Assembly (NCBI GenBank): GCA_003693705.1
Contig: RBZT01000266.1
Span: 1-64,000 of the forward strand
Length of the DNA: 64,000 nt
From: Polymyxa betae A26-41
Lineage: Eukaryota > Protista > Endomyxa: Phytomyxea
Reading direction: 5' to 3'
Position 1 is the first letter of the stretch. Every line of letters begins with the position of its first letter. A program made the translations under genes and the position numbers. The notes beneath the pieces are model-generated. The model was not told the origin of the DNA. It searched no databases and saw only the letters and a list, made by a program, of their open reading frames with translations. This document shows, piece after piece, positions 23,863 through 37,208 of this stretch.

Positions 23863-24492
23863 TTATGAATCAAGCGGCAGGCCATCTGGTGACATCAGCT
23901 TGTTTGAAGTCATCTTGTACGATACACTGGCCTTGGCCAGAATATCCATTTCGCGATCGATCATGCTCTTGCTGATGAGATTCGTTGATCGCTCCTTGAG
24001 TTTGATCGGGGCCGCCTTCTCAAGCATAATCACTGTAATGACCGTGGCGCCCTCTGACGGATCATGCTTCAGAGTGTGTTTCCGTGCGTTGTATGCTCTG
24101 CAGAACAACTGGTTGCAGACTGAACAGGCGAACGGTTTCTCTCCTGTATGGCATCTTTCATGACGATGCAAAGAACCGGCTTCGGCGAACGCCCTCGAGC
24201 ATGTCTCGCATACATAGGGTCGCTCGCCGGTGTGAATCCGTAGATGCCGTTTCAAATCCGATCCCTTGCGAAACGTCTTATCGCAAACATCACAATTAAA
24301 TGGACGTTCTTCTTTGTGCACATTCGCGTGATGTTTCGGAAGCTGCCCGCTCGAGACGTACTTGTCTGTCAATGGCCGGCAAGCTAGCGACTGATTCGAA
24401 TTCTGTTGCTGTGTTGCGGCGTCGCCGCCCGTTGACGACGCTAATGTCAGCAATGCGGATGATGCCATGCATTCGATCGGAGACAACGACAT
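23863..24492 (-). CDS. C2H2 zinc-finger protein, intronless (3 intact fingers plus 1 degenerate)
   Basis: [39 protein letters not shown]; first ATG 24492, frame open to 24537. Confidence 0.85.
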   Translation of the reverse strand: MSLSPIECMASSALLTLASSTGGDAATQQQNSNQSLACRPLTDKYVSSGQLPKHHANVHKEERPFNCDVCDKTFRKGSDLKRHLRIHTGERPYVCETCSRAFAEAGSLHRHERCHTGEKPFACSVCNQLFCRAYNARKHTLKHDPSEGATVITVIMLEKAAPIKLKERSTNLISKSMIDREMDILAKASVSYKMTSNKLMSPDGLPLDS

Positions 24493-24906
24493 AGGCGGAT
24501 CCACCGGCGAAGTCGTTCGTTGCCTTTCCGATGTCAAACGAAGTCAAGTACAACACAGTGACACCGCCTGTTGGCACCAGCAGGATGGAGCAGACGATGA
24601 TAATTCGCTGCCCGCTGTGACTGGGCCTGGAAGTGCAGCCGCACGGAAGTCGCAGGGTAGTTCGACTTCGACAAAACTGCATGACTTCGGCGGCTTGCAT
24701 TTGACTGCACAGCCAACTTCAGATGAAAACGGACAACTGCCAAAGCTAAATCTGTTCTGCAATGCGATTCTACCTGCCATATGCTTGAAGTTGGTCGAAC
24801 AGAACAGTTTATTGGCAGTTGAGAGCGAATCGAACGGAGGATCGCGAACGTTAATGGCTCAACATCAATGTATATATAATGATTCCTTGACTAGATAAAA
24901 ATAATT

Positions 24907-25392
24907 CTATTCAAATTTTTCCAGTTCACCCATCCTTCCCAAAATTGTGTTCTTGTTGGTTTCTTGCAGTTCGCCGGCTAAGACGAATTCGTCGATGATC
25001 GCATAGACTTTGTAGAAATTAAAAACCAGATCGAGCTCGCAAACGTTGCCGAAATATTTGTCGAGTAATTCGACAAAGAAATGGATGGCCTCAAGGTAAG
25101 CAAACTGATTGTCGCTGATATCAATACAGAACGTGAAATACAGACCAGCATAGCGCCTGTAAACCAGCCGGAATGTACGGTACTGCACACCAAACATATT
25201 AGTTGCAAAGTGATGCAAGAGACAACGATCTCAGCGAACCTCGATGAAATTGGTAAATTTACTATCACGATTGACGACGAGCTGATGAATTTCACGCTCG
25301 ATGCTGCGCTTCTCTGGATTCTCATACGGTGAATACCATTTCGACAGGCGCGTCTTGCCCTGTCGGTTTTGCAGCAGAACGAACTGAATCAT
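24907..25392 (-). CDS. AP2S1: AP-2 complex sigma subunit, 2 exons
   Basis: [20 protein letters not shown]...FTNFIE, then [27 protein letters not shown]. Confidence 0.93.
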
Positions 25393-26119
25393 TGGGCGTC
25401 ACGACCCAGCCTAGCCGGCGCTTGCTTTGGCCAAATGAAGATGAGATCTGACCTCGTCTGTCTGTGTCGTCTATTGTTAAGGGAAGGGGAGCGGCCTCCT
25501 CCCTTCATGAACTGTCACATGGATTTTCGGGAAGCTAAAAATCATAGCTAGAGGTAGAGCTATAGGCACTATGAATGTCGGCATCAGTCAGAGCCTATCT
25601 CGCGGTTGGGTTCTCCAGCCTGAGTTCTCGAGATCCAGCAGCAGTATCTCAACTGCTACTTGAGATTGAGATAGCGCTTTTTGGAGAAAGTTAATGAATA
25701 TCTTCTTGCCTTGATTGGCATTGGCTAGCTTCCCTTAACATCCGAATTTTTATGCAGACTCTTCGTTTCCATGACACAGCGCCTTTGGACAACATTGGAG
25801 GAGTTTTGCCAAGATCCCAGCCCATCTCACTCAGGCCGCCAGAAATTCGCCTGCTGCGATAACGTTCTGCTCCTGCGTGAAGCAAATTCTGTGAACATTA
25901 CTATATGAACAGGTCGCTAATACACGAATCTCTAACTCGGTTGCAAGATGCGTTTCCGAAATGCGATCTGTATCTCTACCTGAATCGCTGACAACAACCG
26001 AAACGTTCAACTCTATCTTTGGGCACGCAGTACATAGTATCTCTATCTCTAGCTTTGATTCAGCGTGCCGAAAATCCACTATTGACATTCCTGCTTTTAT
26101 TCTCAACAAAGGATGCTGA

Positions 26120-27650
26120 TCATATTGGTATTGGGTTGCGGTGCTGGCCGACAACGTAGAGTAAGATGGCGGCATAATGCCCAGCTGAGCCCAGCAGAAC
26201 CCAGCAATGCCAGATAATGTGAAATAAGGGCTTACTGCCGCCTCGAATGAGGGCTAGAACCCCAATGGTGTAGGCTATGCCGCCTTGAAGCAGTAAAATA
26301 AGAGCTGGTTCTGGAATCAGCTTCGATTGGACAATCGGAACACCAGCAATGATCTGAACCAATTGGTAGTCAACGAATACTGTCGTCTGGAAATTCGATA
26401 TTTGACACTTACACACATCCACCCCATTGTAAGATACATTGTTGTTGAAATCTGTTATCAATTAAATCTAAACGCATTCAATCACTGCGCTATTGCATAC
26501 CACAGTAAAAAGCTTGTGCGTTTTCATGCAGGTTGTGACGTACAAACCGGCAAACGCTAACCCCCATATTACCACGAGCATCGGCAGGGCAATCACTGGA
26601 TGCTTTTCCAGCGAAATTGTGAGAAACGGTGTGTATGTGCCTGCGATTAGAAGAAACACGCTTCCATGATCGAGATATTTGAAGAATCTCTTCGCAGCTC
26701 GCAATTTGAACAGGCTGTGATACAACGTCGAGCTAAGATAGGTCAAGCAGAGCGACATTGCATACGGCAGAGCGCCGAAAAACACTCTCCAGCTATCGGC
26801 CTCGAGAGCTCGCTGCAACAAAACATAGGATGCTAATAATGCGGCAAGCAATCCGATTCCATGAGTAATCGAATTGACAACCTCATGGATATAAAGATTG
26901 CTCTCTAAATCGACTATGACGATGTTAGGGAAACCCCCAAGCAATGGACCTTTTCATAGCACCTTCTATACTTGTGTTGCTCGCTTGTAGAGCGGTGATG
27001 ATGGATTCACCCAGCTGATTCGATGAAATGTCGAGAAATTTCAGAGGGGAGTTGTTCTCGACGACCGCTGGATGAAGCGGTTATCAATATAGACTGTTTT
27101 GACTAAGAGAATTTACCTAACAGAGGTGATTGTAAGGATGAACCCAATGAGCAAAGTCGCAGATTGACGATTTGAACATAGACTTTATCTGGCTGGCTTA
27201 GATACTGTAACAGAGGCAAAGCGCCTTCCGGCCCGATTTTCGATCCCTGCAACAATTCATTCCAATGCGTATCTATGGACAGAAAACCGCTATACCTCCA
27301 GATTCAGAAGCACCAGATTCGGCAAGAACGGCAAACAGCTGACAAGAAGTTGAATGCCGGAGGCACTGAGTTTCGATCGTCGCAGATAGATTTCTTCGAC
27401 ATGTTGCATATGCACTAGAACCGTATGCAAAGGCAGCATGTCGGCCGTCTGGGCGATCTTCTCGAACATCAGCGTCTTGCTATTCAGCTTGATGGCCGCA
27501 CAGATCCCTGATCACGACCCATCACAAGGTGGTTGGGGCGCCATACGAATCCGGGGTCGTACCGGCATCGACAGGAACCTGGAACCGTTGGCATTCCTTG
27601 ATGTAAAGGTCGAGAACCCGATCCGACTCGCTGCTGCTGCTGCTACACAT
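26120..27650 (-). CDS. Leucine-rich-repeat domain fused to a hemolysin III/PAQR 7-TM domain
   Basis: LRR-like exons (VEEIYLRRSKL, LVLLNLEGSKIGPEG, LKFLDISSNQLG) splice in phase through intron 26914-26962 into EVVNSITHGIG, SSTLYHS, LDHGSVFLLIAGTYTPF and HIIWHCWV. Confidence 0.8.
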
Positions 27651-27774
27651 GACGCATGCCAATCTGGATTCAGGCTCACATCAATCGGCCGGTCCGGAAA
27701 AATCTCTGCCCTATTATTACTACCGAGTATGGAATCTTCAAAATCCAACATGATTTTGTTTAGTTTTTTTGACT

Positions 27775-28782
27775 CTATGGGTAGAGAGGGTACCTGTCGA
27801 GGACCTCGTTTATGAATTCTATGGATCGCTCTAGAACCACCTGCTGGTCATCGGGCACGCTGTGAACCATTCGCGTTCTAGCCTGGATAATCGGCTTGAG
27901 AAGGATGCAGATTGGAACAACCCAAGCTTGCAATAGCTCGTCGGAAGTTTCGATCGCCGATGATAGGCAGAAACAGACCGTGTTGATGAATGCGAGAACC
28001 TCTTTCATGCGATTTGTCGAAGTCCAACATCCAAGGCTGATCAGAGCACCGATTACGGGAAGGACGAAATTCGGCGAGCACTGCGAAGCTATTCTTTCCA
28101 ACGCTTCCATCAGATCAAATTGACGATCGACGAGCATTTCACTAAACTTGTCTGGTAAGAGCCTCTGCAGACGCAGGCTTTGGGCGAGCACAGAACAAGC
28201 CAGAACCGGCATACGTTCCGAGTCGTATTCAGAGCAACCAATGGCGTCGAACAACGCCCCAATCACATCTCTCCTCGACATGATCACTTCTGCGACCTCC
28301 GGGCCGTCTGCCGAGGCGATCAGTAAGCGAAGTAAGCAATGCAGACATGCATTGACAATATCGTCATGAGATTCATGCATGTGATAGGAGAGAGCCTCGC
28401 AAAGCAGATCGGCCAATGAAACAGCGCCTTCGGAGGCGTCTTGCAGGCAGGTGGACTGCCAGAGAAGGGCGGCCAACAGATCGACAGATTCCCTGGCGAT
28501 CGACCTAGACTTCGAGCTGGCAGCGATCCAGGCCAGACGGAGCAAGAACGAAGGCGTCAGCAGAGGCGCTGGGATCGGCGTCGTCACCGATGACGCCACG
28601 AGGCGCAGCGTCGTCTCGACTAGATCGCTGTTCATTGATTCTACCAGGTGATAGATCCGATCGATGGAGATGGGGCCAGCACAGCATGCCTCCAGGTCGC
28701 ATAATGCCTCGTATTTCTCTTCATCAGTGTTGTCGCCATCAATGATCTGCAGCGCCCTGTTCCTGCCATCACCGCCAGGCAT
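27775..28782 (-). CDS. Hypothetical ARM/HEAT-like alpha-helical protein
   Basis: Long Leu-rich ORF with helical periodicity; no family recognised. Confidence 0.55.
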   Translation of the reverse strand: MPGGDGRNRALQIIDGDNTDEEKYEALCDLEACCAGPISIDRIYHLVESMNSDLVETTLRLVASSVTTPIPAPLLTPSFLLRLAWIAASSKSRSIARESVDLLAALLWQSTCLQDASEGAVSLADLLCEALSYHMHESHDDIVNACLHCLLRLLIASADGPEVAEVIMSRRDVIGALFDAIGCSEYDSERMPVLACSVLAQSLRLQRLLPDKFSEMLVDRQFDLMEALERIASQCSPNFVLPVIGALISLGCWTSTNRMKEVLAFINTVCFCLSSAIETSDELLQAWVVPICILLKPIIQARTRMVHSVPDDQQVVLERSIEFINEVLDRYPLYP

Positions 28783-29142
28783 CAATCGGAGCGCCACGCA
28801 TTCAAATGTTTCAAACCCAAATCAGGGTGCAAAAGCAGCAAGCAGCGAAAAAATTGCTTCTGATCGAACTGAAGTAATAGCAAAGCTGCAGAAGGATGAA
28901 ATTCTAGAAAACCAAATATGACCCAGTTCATGGATGTGTCTAAAAGACATCCAGATAAAAAAACCGCAGAAAAAATTGCTCTGGAATCGTATCCTCAACC
29001 GCTAGATGAAAACGCGTTCTACTGCTGAATCTTGCATGACTATACAGCAATGCATGATGCCCGTTATCGTATTGAAATAAAGATTAAAATATTTGTCTCG
29101 AAACGAGCGCCAACACTATTCCAGGTCGTCACCCTCTAATTA

Positions 29143-30011
<869 letters not shown>

Positions 30012-30664
30012 TGAGGTCGAACGACACTAGTAACTGGGAGGCCGCGCATATTTCGGAGGCCGCGCAATGCTCAACCTCCCTCGGTCGGTGAAACGTTGCG
30101 CTCCGACGGGTGACCACTGCTCGGGGAAGTTAGATGGGTGGCTGCGCCAGCGCGCCTCCTAAACTTATCGCCCACCAATCGATTTCGTGGTTAAAAGCGA
30201 CGGGCTTTGTAGGCGATGTTATCGGAGTTGCCGTGTGGCATATCCCGTCATCTTATAGAGGTCACCGGCCCTAAGTCCTTCATCGTCAAATGATTGTGAC
30301 GCTGCTGTCCATTGATTGAGGGTTCAATGCGTGCTGTCATCTTGTCGTCTTTCTCAGATACTTGAGGAATCATATCAATAAATCATTCAATTCTATGCCA
30401 GTCATGTGGGTTGGGAGAGACGGCACATTTGTCTGTGCCTGAACAGTTTCTTCTCGTTGCGCTCGACATTGCTGAGCTGGGACCCTCATAATGTTCATGT
30501 TAATTTTCAAATACAAGCGACGTGATGAGGAGGAGGACCCTTAAACATCTTGTAACATTACTGACCTCATCCCGTGACCTGGATGTGGGTTGCGCTATTT
30601 CAGTCATCATCTGTGTTGAGGGAGTCGCTCATCTGATCATCTCTTCTCCTGTCGTTTCAGCGTA

Positions 30665-32161
30665 ATGTCTGATGGTGAGGACACACGTGTAAGAGCATTC
30701 TCCATCGGGCTCGATGTTCTTGTTGTTTTAAGCCTGATTGTTATCAGGTGCGAGCCAGCAAGGCTCGAAAAGCCGAGAGGTTGCAACAAAATTCTGATCG
30801 AAGAAAGCGATTAGGTTTACAAAACACGCAAAGGTGCTGGCCTGTCCCAGGGTTGCCAGCGCTGCCGATTGTAATTATTGACAGCGTTATAGTGACCAGG
30901 AACGAATCCGTACGAGGCAAGAATTTCGAAGTCTGTAAACATCCAGCGATGGTCTTCATATTGGCTCTCTAAATACAGGGATAGAGCTTATTGATAAAAC
31001 GAAAAAGTCTAAAGGCGCTGTGACTGCTGGCAACCAACAGCTGCTTAAAGAACTCCATGAAGAGCATTCCGTGCTTCATGAAAATGGTTCGAATTTCTCC
31101 TCGTCCTAGTCATGTTCCTGATATATTCTTCTAGTTTTATTTCCGTCCGAAGCCAATCTTGATGTCGAAGAGCTGTCGCTTTTGGCAACCATCACTGCAG
31201 AGAAGACGAAGAGAATGGCCGAAACTTTTACTGCTGTCTCAGCCGAGGCAGGTTTTTTTTATCTGAAAGCACCCAAAGTCTATACTTAAATACGGAAAGG
31301 ATTACGTAACCAAGATCAAATCACTATTTTCGTCAAATACACGCATGGATGACGATGATGATGATGGTAAGTTATGCCAATTCGCAAGATTCCCATACAT
31401 GTCTCTGATAGTTTTCGTTTTAGATGGGACAGGCACTACAAACATCATCTGGAACGCTTTGGGAATGCATCCATTAAACCGATTTCTCACGGTGCACACT
31501 GTCGATTTCATTCCAAACGTCATGGAACTCGAAATCGTCGCTGCCCAGAAGAAGCAGGCGACCAGAAGAAATCGTGAAGTAGACACTCAGGTACAAATCG
31601 TATGGGTCGCCTTGTTTTAGTTTCAGATGAATTTGGCGTTAGGCTGAACAAGTGAAAGCTCTCGCTAATACAGAATCACTTGTAAAAACGCAGACTGAGA
31701 GTCGGGTTCAGCTGCTGCTCCGAATTTTGGCGAGTTTCGACAACCATCCCGATTATCCTATGGGCATTCCCCTGATGCTGCTCATTGTCAATCCCGCAGA
31801 TTTCACTCAAACAGTCGAGAATATGTTTGATTTGAGCTTCCTTGTAAGCGTAACATTTTCCGTTACTTCGTGATCGTTGAATATAGATGCTTAGATTGGC
31901 AATGGTAATGCTTCGTTCGTACATGACTCTGAAGCTGGGGAAGTCTATGTATCTACGGCTGAAGCACCCGAAGAGCGTAGCAAGGGGAATAACAAACCAC
32001 CGATTCAGTCGATCATCACTATGACTTATGATCTTTGGGAGGTACGCTTACAAAGTGGTGACCATCTTACAGTTCTAATCTCGACGGTGTAGACAAGTAA
32101 AAACGCCTATGGCATTGCCGAATCTGTTATCCCTCACCGTAAGCCTATGTTGCTCGTGTAG
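30665..32161 (+). CDS. NSE4: SMC5/6 kleisin subunit Nse4, multi-exon
   Basis: IVNPADFTQTVENMFDLSFL matches the Nse4 C-terminal motif; ends TMTYDLWE-TSKNAYGIAESVIPHRK. Confidence 0.8.
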
Positions 32162-33093
32162 TTTAGGGACTAAAAACCCATTGTTTCATTTGAAAAAAGT
32201 CATGATTGTATCACATAAAACGGATTCATCACCAAAAACTGCATTTTTTGCAGGGATTCTAAACGAGGCTTGCATATTTACGATCCTTTTTTTAGGCGAG
32301 ACATGAACCCTTCCATACCCAATTTTAAAATTGCTGAATCATTATCTGCAGCCTTTCTGTGCTGAAATGGAGATCGAATGGCCCTCCTGTCTTATAAATA
32401 CCGTTTCCTGTGGGAAGTATTCTGTCTTGTTGAGCTTTCTTTTGTCGGGTTGTATTTTGCAGATCATCCTGTTTTTCTTGGACTTGGTTCGTCTTCGCAA
32501 ACACTCTCTGGGTGCTGCAGCACATTTCTATGTTCGGTCACTTCTATCATTTTAAGAATACGTTTGGCATAGTCCTTGTATACGGTGTTTTATCGCTCAT
32601 CTTACAGAGCATTGCGAACTTCGATTTCAGCAATATATCAGATCATGGCCGGGTTGTATAATCCAGGATGCAATGTTGCAATCTCTTTATTCAAAATGAA
32701 ATACGCTCTCCCCATCAAATTCATTTCGAGTGGATCATATCCGAGAATCCCAAATGTCACACAAATATTCGAGCATTTTCGCAACACAGAAATTTAAGCA
32801 GTCTGGCAGAACGCTGAGGCTGGCGTAGTGGTGGAATCTCGCACTCGGTATCAACAAGAACTCGATAACTTGAACACAAATCGCTTTCAGGAAAGCCAAG
32901 CGGTTCCGGTCCAGTTATCTAAAAATCTGCAGTGTAAATGAAAATCAAGCTTATACAAAATGGTCCGATAAATGTATTTCGAAGCAACAATACCATTTCT
33001 CCAACATGAACAGTCATAGAATGTTCATTATGATATTTTACAGGCGCACGCCATCCTTTTGATCATAACAGCAGTTACGCGAAAATCTGAATT

Positions 33094-36000
33094 ATGGATC
33101 TGATAGATGGCGCCGAACTGATTTCAACGTCTGATGACAAACAGGAAATCGAAGACAATGAAAGCATCAAGAAACCGGATCCTAGGTCGACCACCTCAAC
33201 CTATGGACTCTCTGGCGTTTTCTCGATGTACTCCAAACTAGTTCCGATAGCGACATTTACCAGCCAGGACGGTGCAACAGAATCGTGGAAACAGAAATAT
33301 GACAACCTAGCCTTTTCTCATGCGCAAGAGATTCACGGCATGCAGAAAGACATGGCCGAAATGGCCAAGAATGTTCATGGTGAGATCAGCGCCCTACAGG
33401 AACGATCTGCGACGTTCGAACATCTTGTAACGAAACTGAATGAAACAGTCGAGCAGCAGACCCAGAAAATCGCTTCCCTTCAACAGCAATTGTCTTCGTC
33501 ATTGGCTATCTGTCACCAGCAGGAGAAAACGATCGTTTCGTTGCAGGAGGAAGCTGATAAATATCGTCAACTGGCAAATGCTGAACATGAGCTAGCCCGC
33601 GTTCGATCTGATATGGCTCTCGCCGAATCCAAGGAGCAGCAAAACCTTCGGCAAGATCTCAGCCAAAGCGACGCCCTAGTTCGTGAGCTTCGCGTTGACC
33701 TGCAAAGGTTATCCCAAAATTTTAATCAAACAATTCAATCTCAAAACAAAAGCGAAGCAGAATGGTCGAGCAAGCTATCGGTGGCCGAAACTGAGGCTGA
33801 TCGCCTTCGTAAATCCTTGGACAAAGCCCAGCAGCGCTACAACAGTGATGTCTCTCGCCTTCAAGCAGAAATCGACCGCGCACAACATCAACGCACCGAT
33901 TTAATGTCAACATTGGACCAAGTGGAACGTCAGGAGAAGACGAGCGCGAGCCAGCTTAAACAAAGCCGAGCGTTGACGTTGACCCTGCAGCACAAACTTC
34001 AACAAGCAGACGCCGCCCTCGTTATCAATCAAACCGAGTGCCGACAACTGCAATCACAACTCGACAGAGCTAAAGACGACCTGTCAAGATCGCGATCGGA
34101 TTGTGAAGTCATTCGCCAGACATACGAAGAGCAGCGCATCGCCCTCGCACAAGCCCAAAAGCACGCCCAGGACGGAGTTCGCGAAATCGAAACGCTGCGC
34201 GCTGAACAAATTCGTATTGCGCAGGAGAAAGCAGCAGTCATCGACGAGAGAGAAAAGATCCAGGGAAGACTGAAGACGGAGTTAGATAAGTGTCAACAGC
34301 TCAGTCGGGAAAACGAAGAAATCGTGTCGCTTCGCGACCGACAGGCAGCCCAATTGCGGCGACATCAGGCACAATGCATTGAACTGGAGAACAAACTGGC
34401 GAATGCCATGAAGATCATCGGCCGCGATCAGGACACAATGGCCATTGCGAAGATGTCCATTGAACGACTCGGGTCGACACAAAGCATTCAACAAGAGCAG
34501 AACGAGCTGGTGACTCGCGAACTGAAAGCGAAAACAGAGGAGATCAATGAGCTGAAGGCGGTCATTGGCCGCCATACTGAGCAGATGCAAGCGCTGACTG
34601 TAACGAAAACCGAATTAGAACGCGCAAATGCCGAACTTCGAAAACGGGCCGAGCAAGATGGTCAACGAGTTCGTCAGATTGAAGAAGGATGCGAACGGCA
34701 ACGAGCCGAAAACCGATCGCTGCTTGAACGACTTGGTCAATTAAACGAAACCTACGAACAGCACCAGAAACAAACCAAAACTGATCAGCAGCAGATCCGA
34801 AGTTTGACCTGCACGATCCAGCAGCTTGAGCACGACATGAAAGCGGTCATTGCTCTCCATACTGAACAGATGCAAGCGCTGAGCGCAACGAAAGCCGAAT
34901 TGGAAAGTATAAATGCCGGGCTTCGAAAACGGGCCGAGGAGGATGGACAAAGAATTCGTCAGATTGAGATCGAACAAAATTTGCAGCTTCGCCAGTTTCA
35001 GGAAACACTGCAACAAGAACGTGACGACAACGAACAGTATCAGAAACAGATCTGTTCATTGACGGGCACCATTCAACAGCTTGAACGAAACCTGAAGGCT
35101 GCCGATCAGGAGCGGGAACGTCTTCAGCTGGAGATGAGGCAAGCGGCCCGGGACGCCTGGGACCAGGATACCGTCCTACGACAGAGCCAACTGGAAGCCG
35201 CCGAACAAAACCAGGTTGTTGGCGAACTTCGCGGCGCCCTTGAAGAGGCGAACATCGCTATCACCAAACTCCAGATCGAGTACGAGAACGCCGTTAGCAA
35301 GCACGACCAGCGCTGCCGTTTGGAATCGGATCGGTTCCGGTTAATCGAAGACGAAAGCGACGACCTTCGGCTCCGTCTGAATCTGAGTGAGGGCGAGGGC
35401 GATAAATTGCGGACAGCTGGACGTGACGCCGCCGCCCAGATTGAGGCGCTGAACAAAGAGCTGCAACATCATCACCAGCAGATCACGAAGCAAATTGCCG
35501 TCATCGACGAGCTCCGGGCTACGTTGCAGGCCCGGGACGCCGCCTTCACCGAGCTGCAGGGCGAATGTGAGCGCTCTGCTGAACAGCTGGCCGCCGCCTT
35601 GAAAGTGGCCGACGATCGCGGCGTTGCGCTGCACGCAAAGGAACAAGAATCGCGAACTCGCAACCGCTATAAGAAGATGCTGCAAAAGAAAATTGGCCGC
35701 CATAAAGCCGATAGTCGAGCCGTGCAGGCCCAGCTGCTGCGGCAGCAAGACGAGACCAAGACGCTGCAGAAAGCCAACGAATCGTGGTCGGCGGAACTGG
35801 CCATGACAAAGACTGATTTGCGGTCATTACAGGCACGACATCGGCGTCAATCCGATCAGGTTTTGGAGATGAATGCAGCGATTCTGGCGAAGGTCGATGG
35901 TGAGAAGCGGGCGAGCGACGAGATCGCCCGGCTGGGAGTGGAGCTGAAGGAGACAAAGGAAGAGATTGACATGCTGAGAGCGTCGCGAAACGAAATTAAT

Positions 36001-36592
36001 AGAGAGGTTGAGCGGTGGAAAGCTGACGCAGAACGTCTACGGGAACAGATAGTGGCGATGAAGTTGGAGAAGGAGAAGGCGATCGGGTCGTTGCGGAAGG
36101 TATCGAATGGCATCGATGCATTCCAGGTGGGAAACCTTAAAACCCTAACCCTAGCTCTAACTTCCTTTCTAGGATATCGATGTGATCCCAGTTGATACCA
36201 CTCCTGAAGATCAGATCGTCCGGCTGTCGTTGCAGCTGCATCAAGCGGATCAGGACAAGAAAGAGCTCAACGACCGGATCGTTGAGCTCAATCAGGAGGC
36301 GAAGGACCTCAGAAGACGAATCGGGTCGAAATCGGCCATGTTCGAATCAGTGCTGAAGACGCAGCTGGAGAAGGCGATCAAATTCGCGGCGCCCGATGCT
36401 CAGGTCACGACACGCTCTAGAGCGCCGCTGAATAGACAAAGCAGTATGCGGACGTTGACGGCCTGGGAGGCGGCCCAAAGAGACGATACCATCTCAATCA
36501 ATGACAACATGAATATGAGCGGTCTACAGAGGCATCATCGTCATCAAAGTATGGGCGGGGCCTCTCTCTCCAAACAACCCTGGAAGATTTGA
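33094..36592 (+). CDS. Long coiled-coil protein, 2 exons, with an internal duplication
   Basis: 1033-codon Q/E/L-rich ORF joined through intron 36127-36172 to the frame of ORF 36182-36592. Confidence 0.8.
36132..36156. repeat. Telomere-type tract AAACCTTAAAACCCTAACCCTAGCT inside 46-nt intron 36127-36172
   Basis: Read directly; 19-mer identical to 39083-39101. Confidence 0.88.
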
Positions 36593-37208
36593 TTCTCAAA
36601 GAAGCTCACAGAGAGACATCTCGAAACATTCCAACAGGCAGAGAGAACCGTTTATCCTTCCTCGTTCCTTGCCTATTTCCAAACGGTTATCAAAGGAATC
36701 GGAAATGGGTTGGTTCTTTCAATCGTCAATGAATTATACAATGAAGGCAAAATTATCTTAGGTTTTGTATCATCCACTATCAATCGAGATATTTCTTTTA
36801 GCATTCTCGCGGAAGAAAGCCACATGCATAGTCGAAGAGATTCGTGGTTCCGGGCGCCTGAGTCGTATTTGTCAGCCGATTCAGTGGTCAATTCAAATTC
36901 AGCCGAACCAGATGCCTTAGGAAAAGAGTCTAATGATATCGGTCTGAGGGTAGCGGTGTCATCATACTCGGCATCTCTAGCTTAAGTAACGATCTCGAAA
37001 AATGGCATGAGCTCGCTGTCAGCATTGACTTCTGAGGCTCAAAACATCCTGTGCATCCTATTTTATAACCAAGTAGATTCGAATCAACCACAGCGACAAC
37101 CAGTATGCAGATGCATCCTGATCCCTGGCCCAAATGATCGTACTGCAATGTCATGAGGACTTTAGACGCGCCCGTATCTCTAGATAGTGGGAACGGATCG
37201 AACAAGCA

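Noticed and set aside
30522-30637. Possible C/D snoRNA (GTGATGA ... CTGA)
   Set aside because: No convincing terminal stem and no rRNA-complementary guide that I could recognise.
32325-32900. Possible small spliced membrane-protein gene
   Set aside because: Hydrophobic short ORFs, but no reliable start, end or homology.
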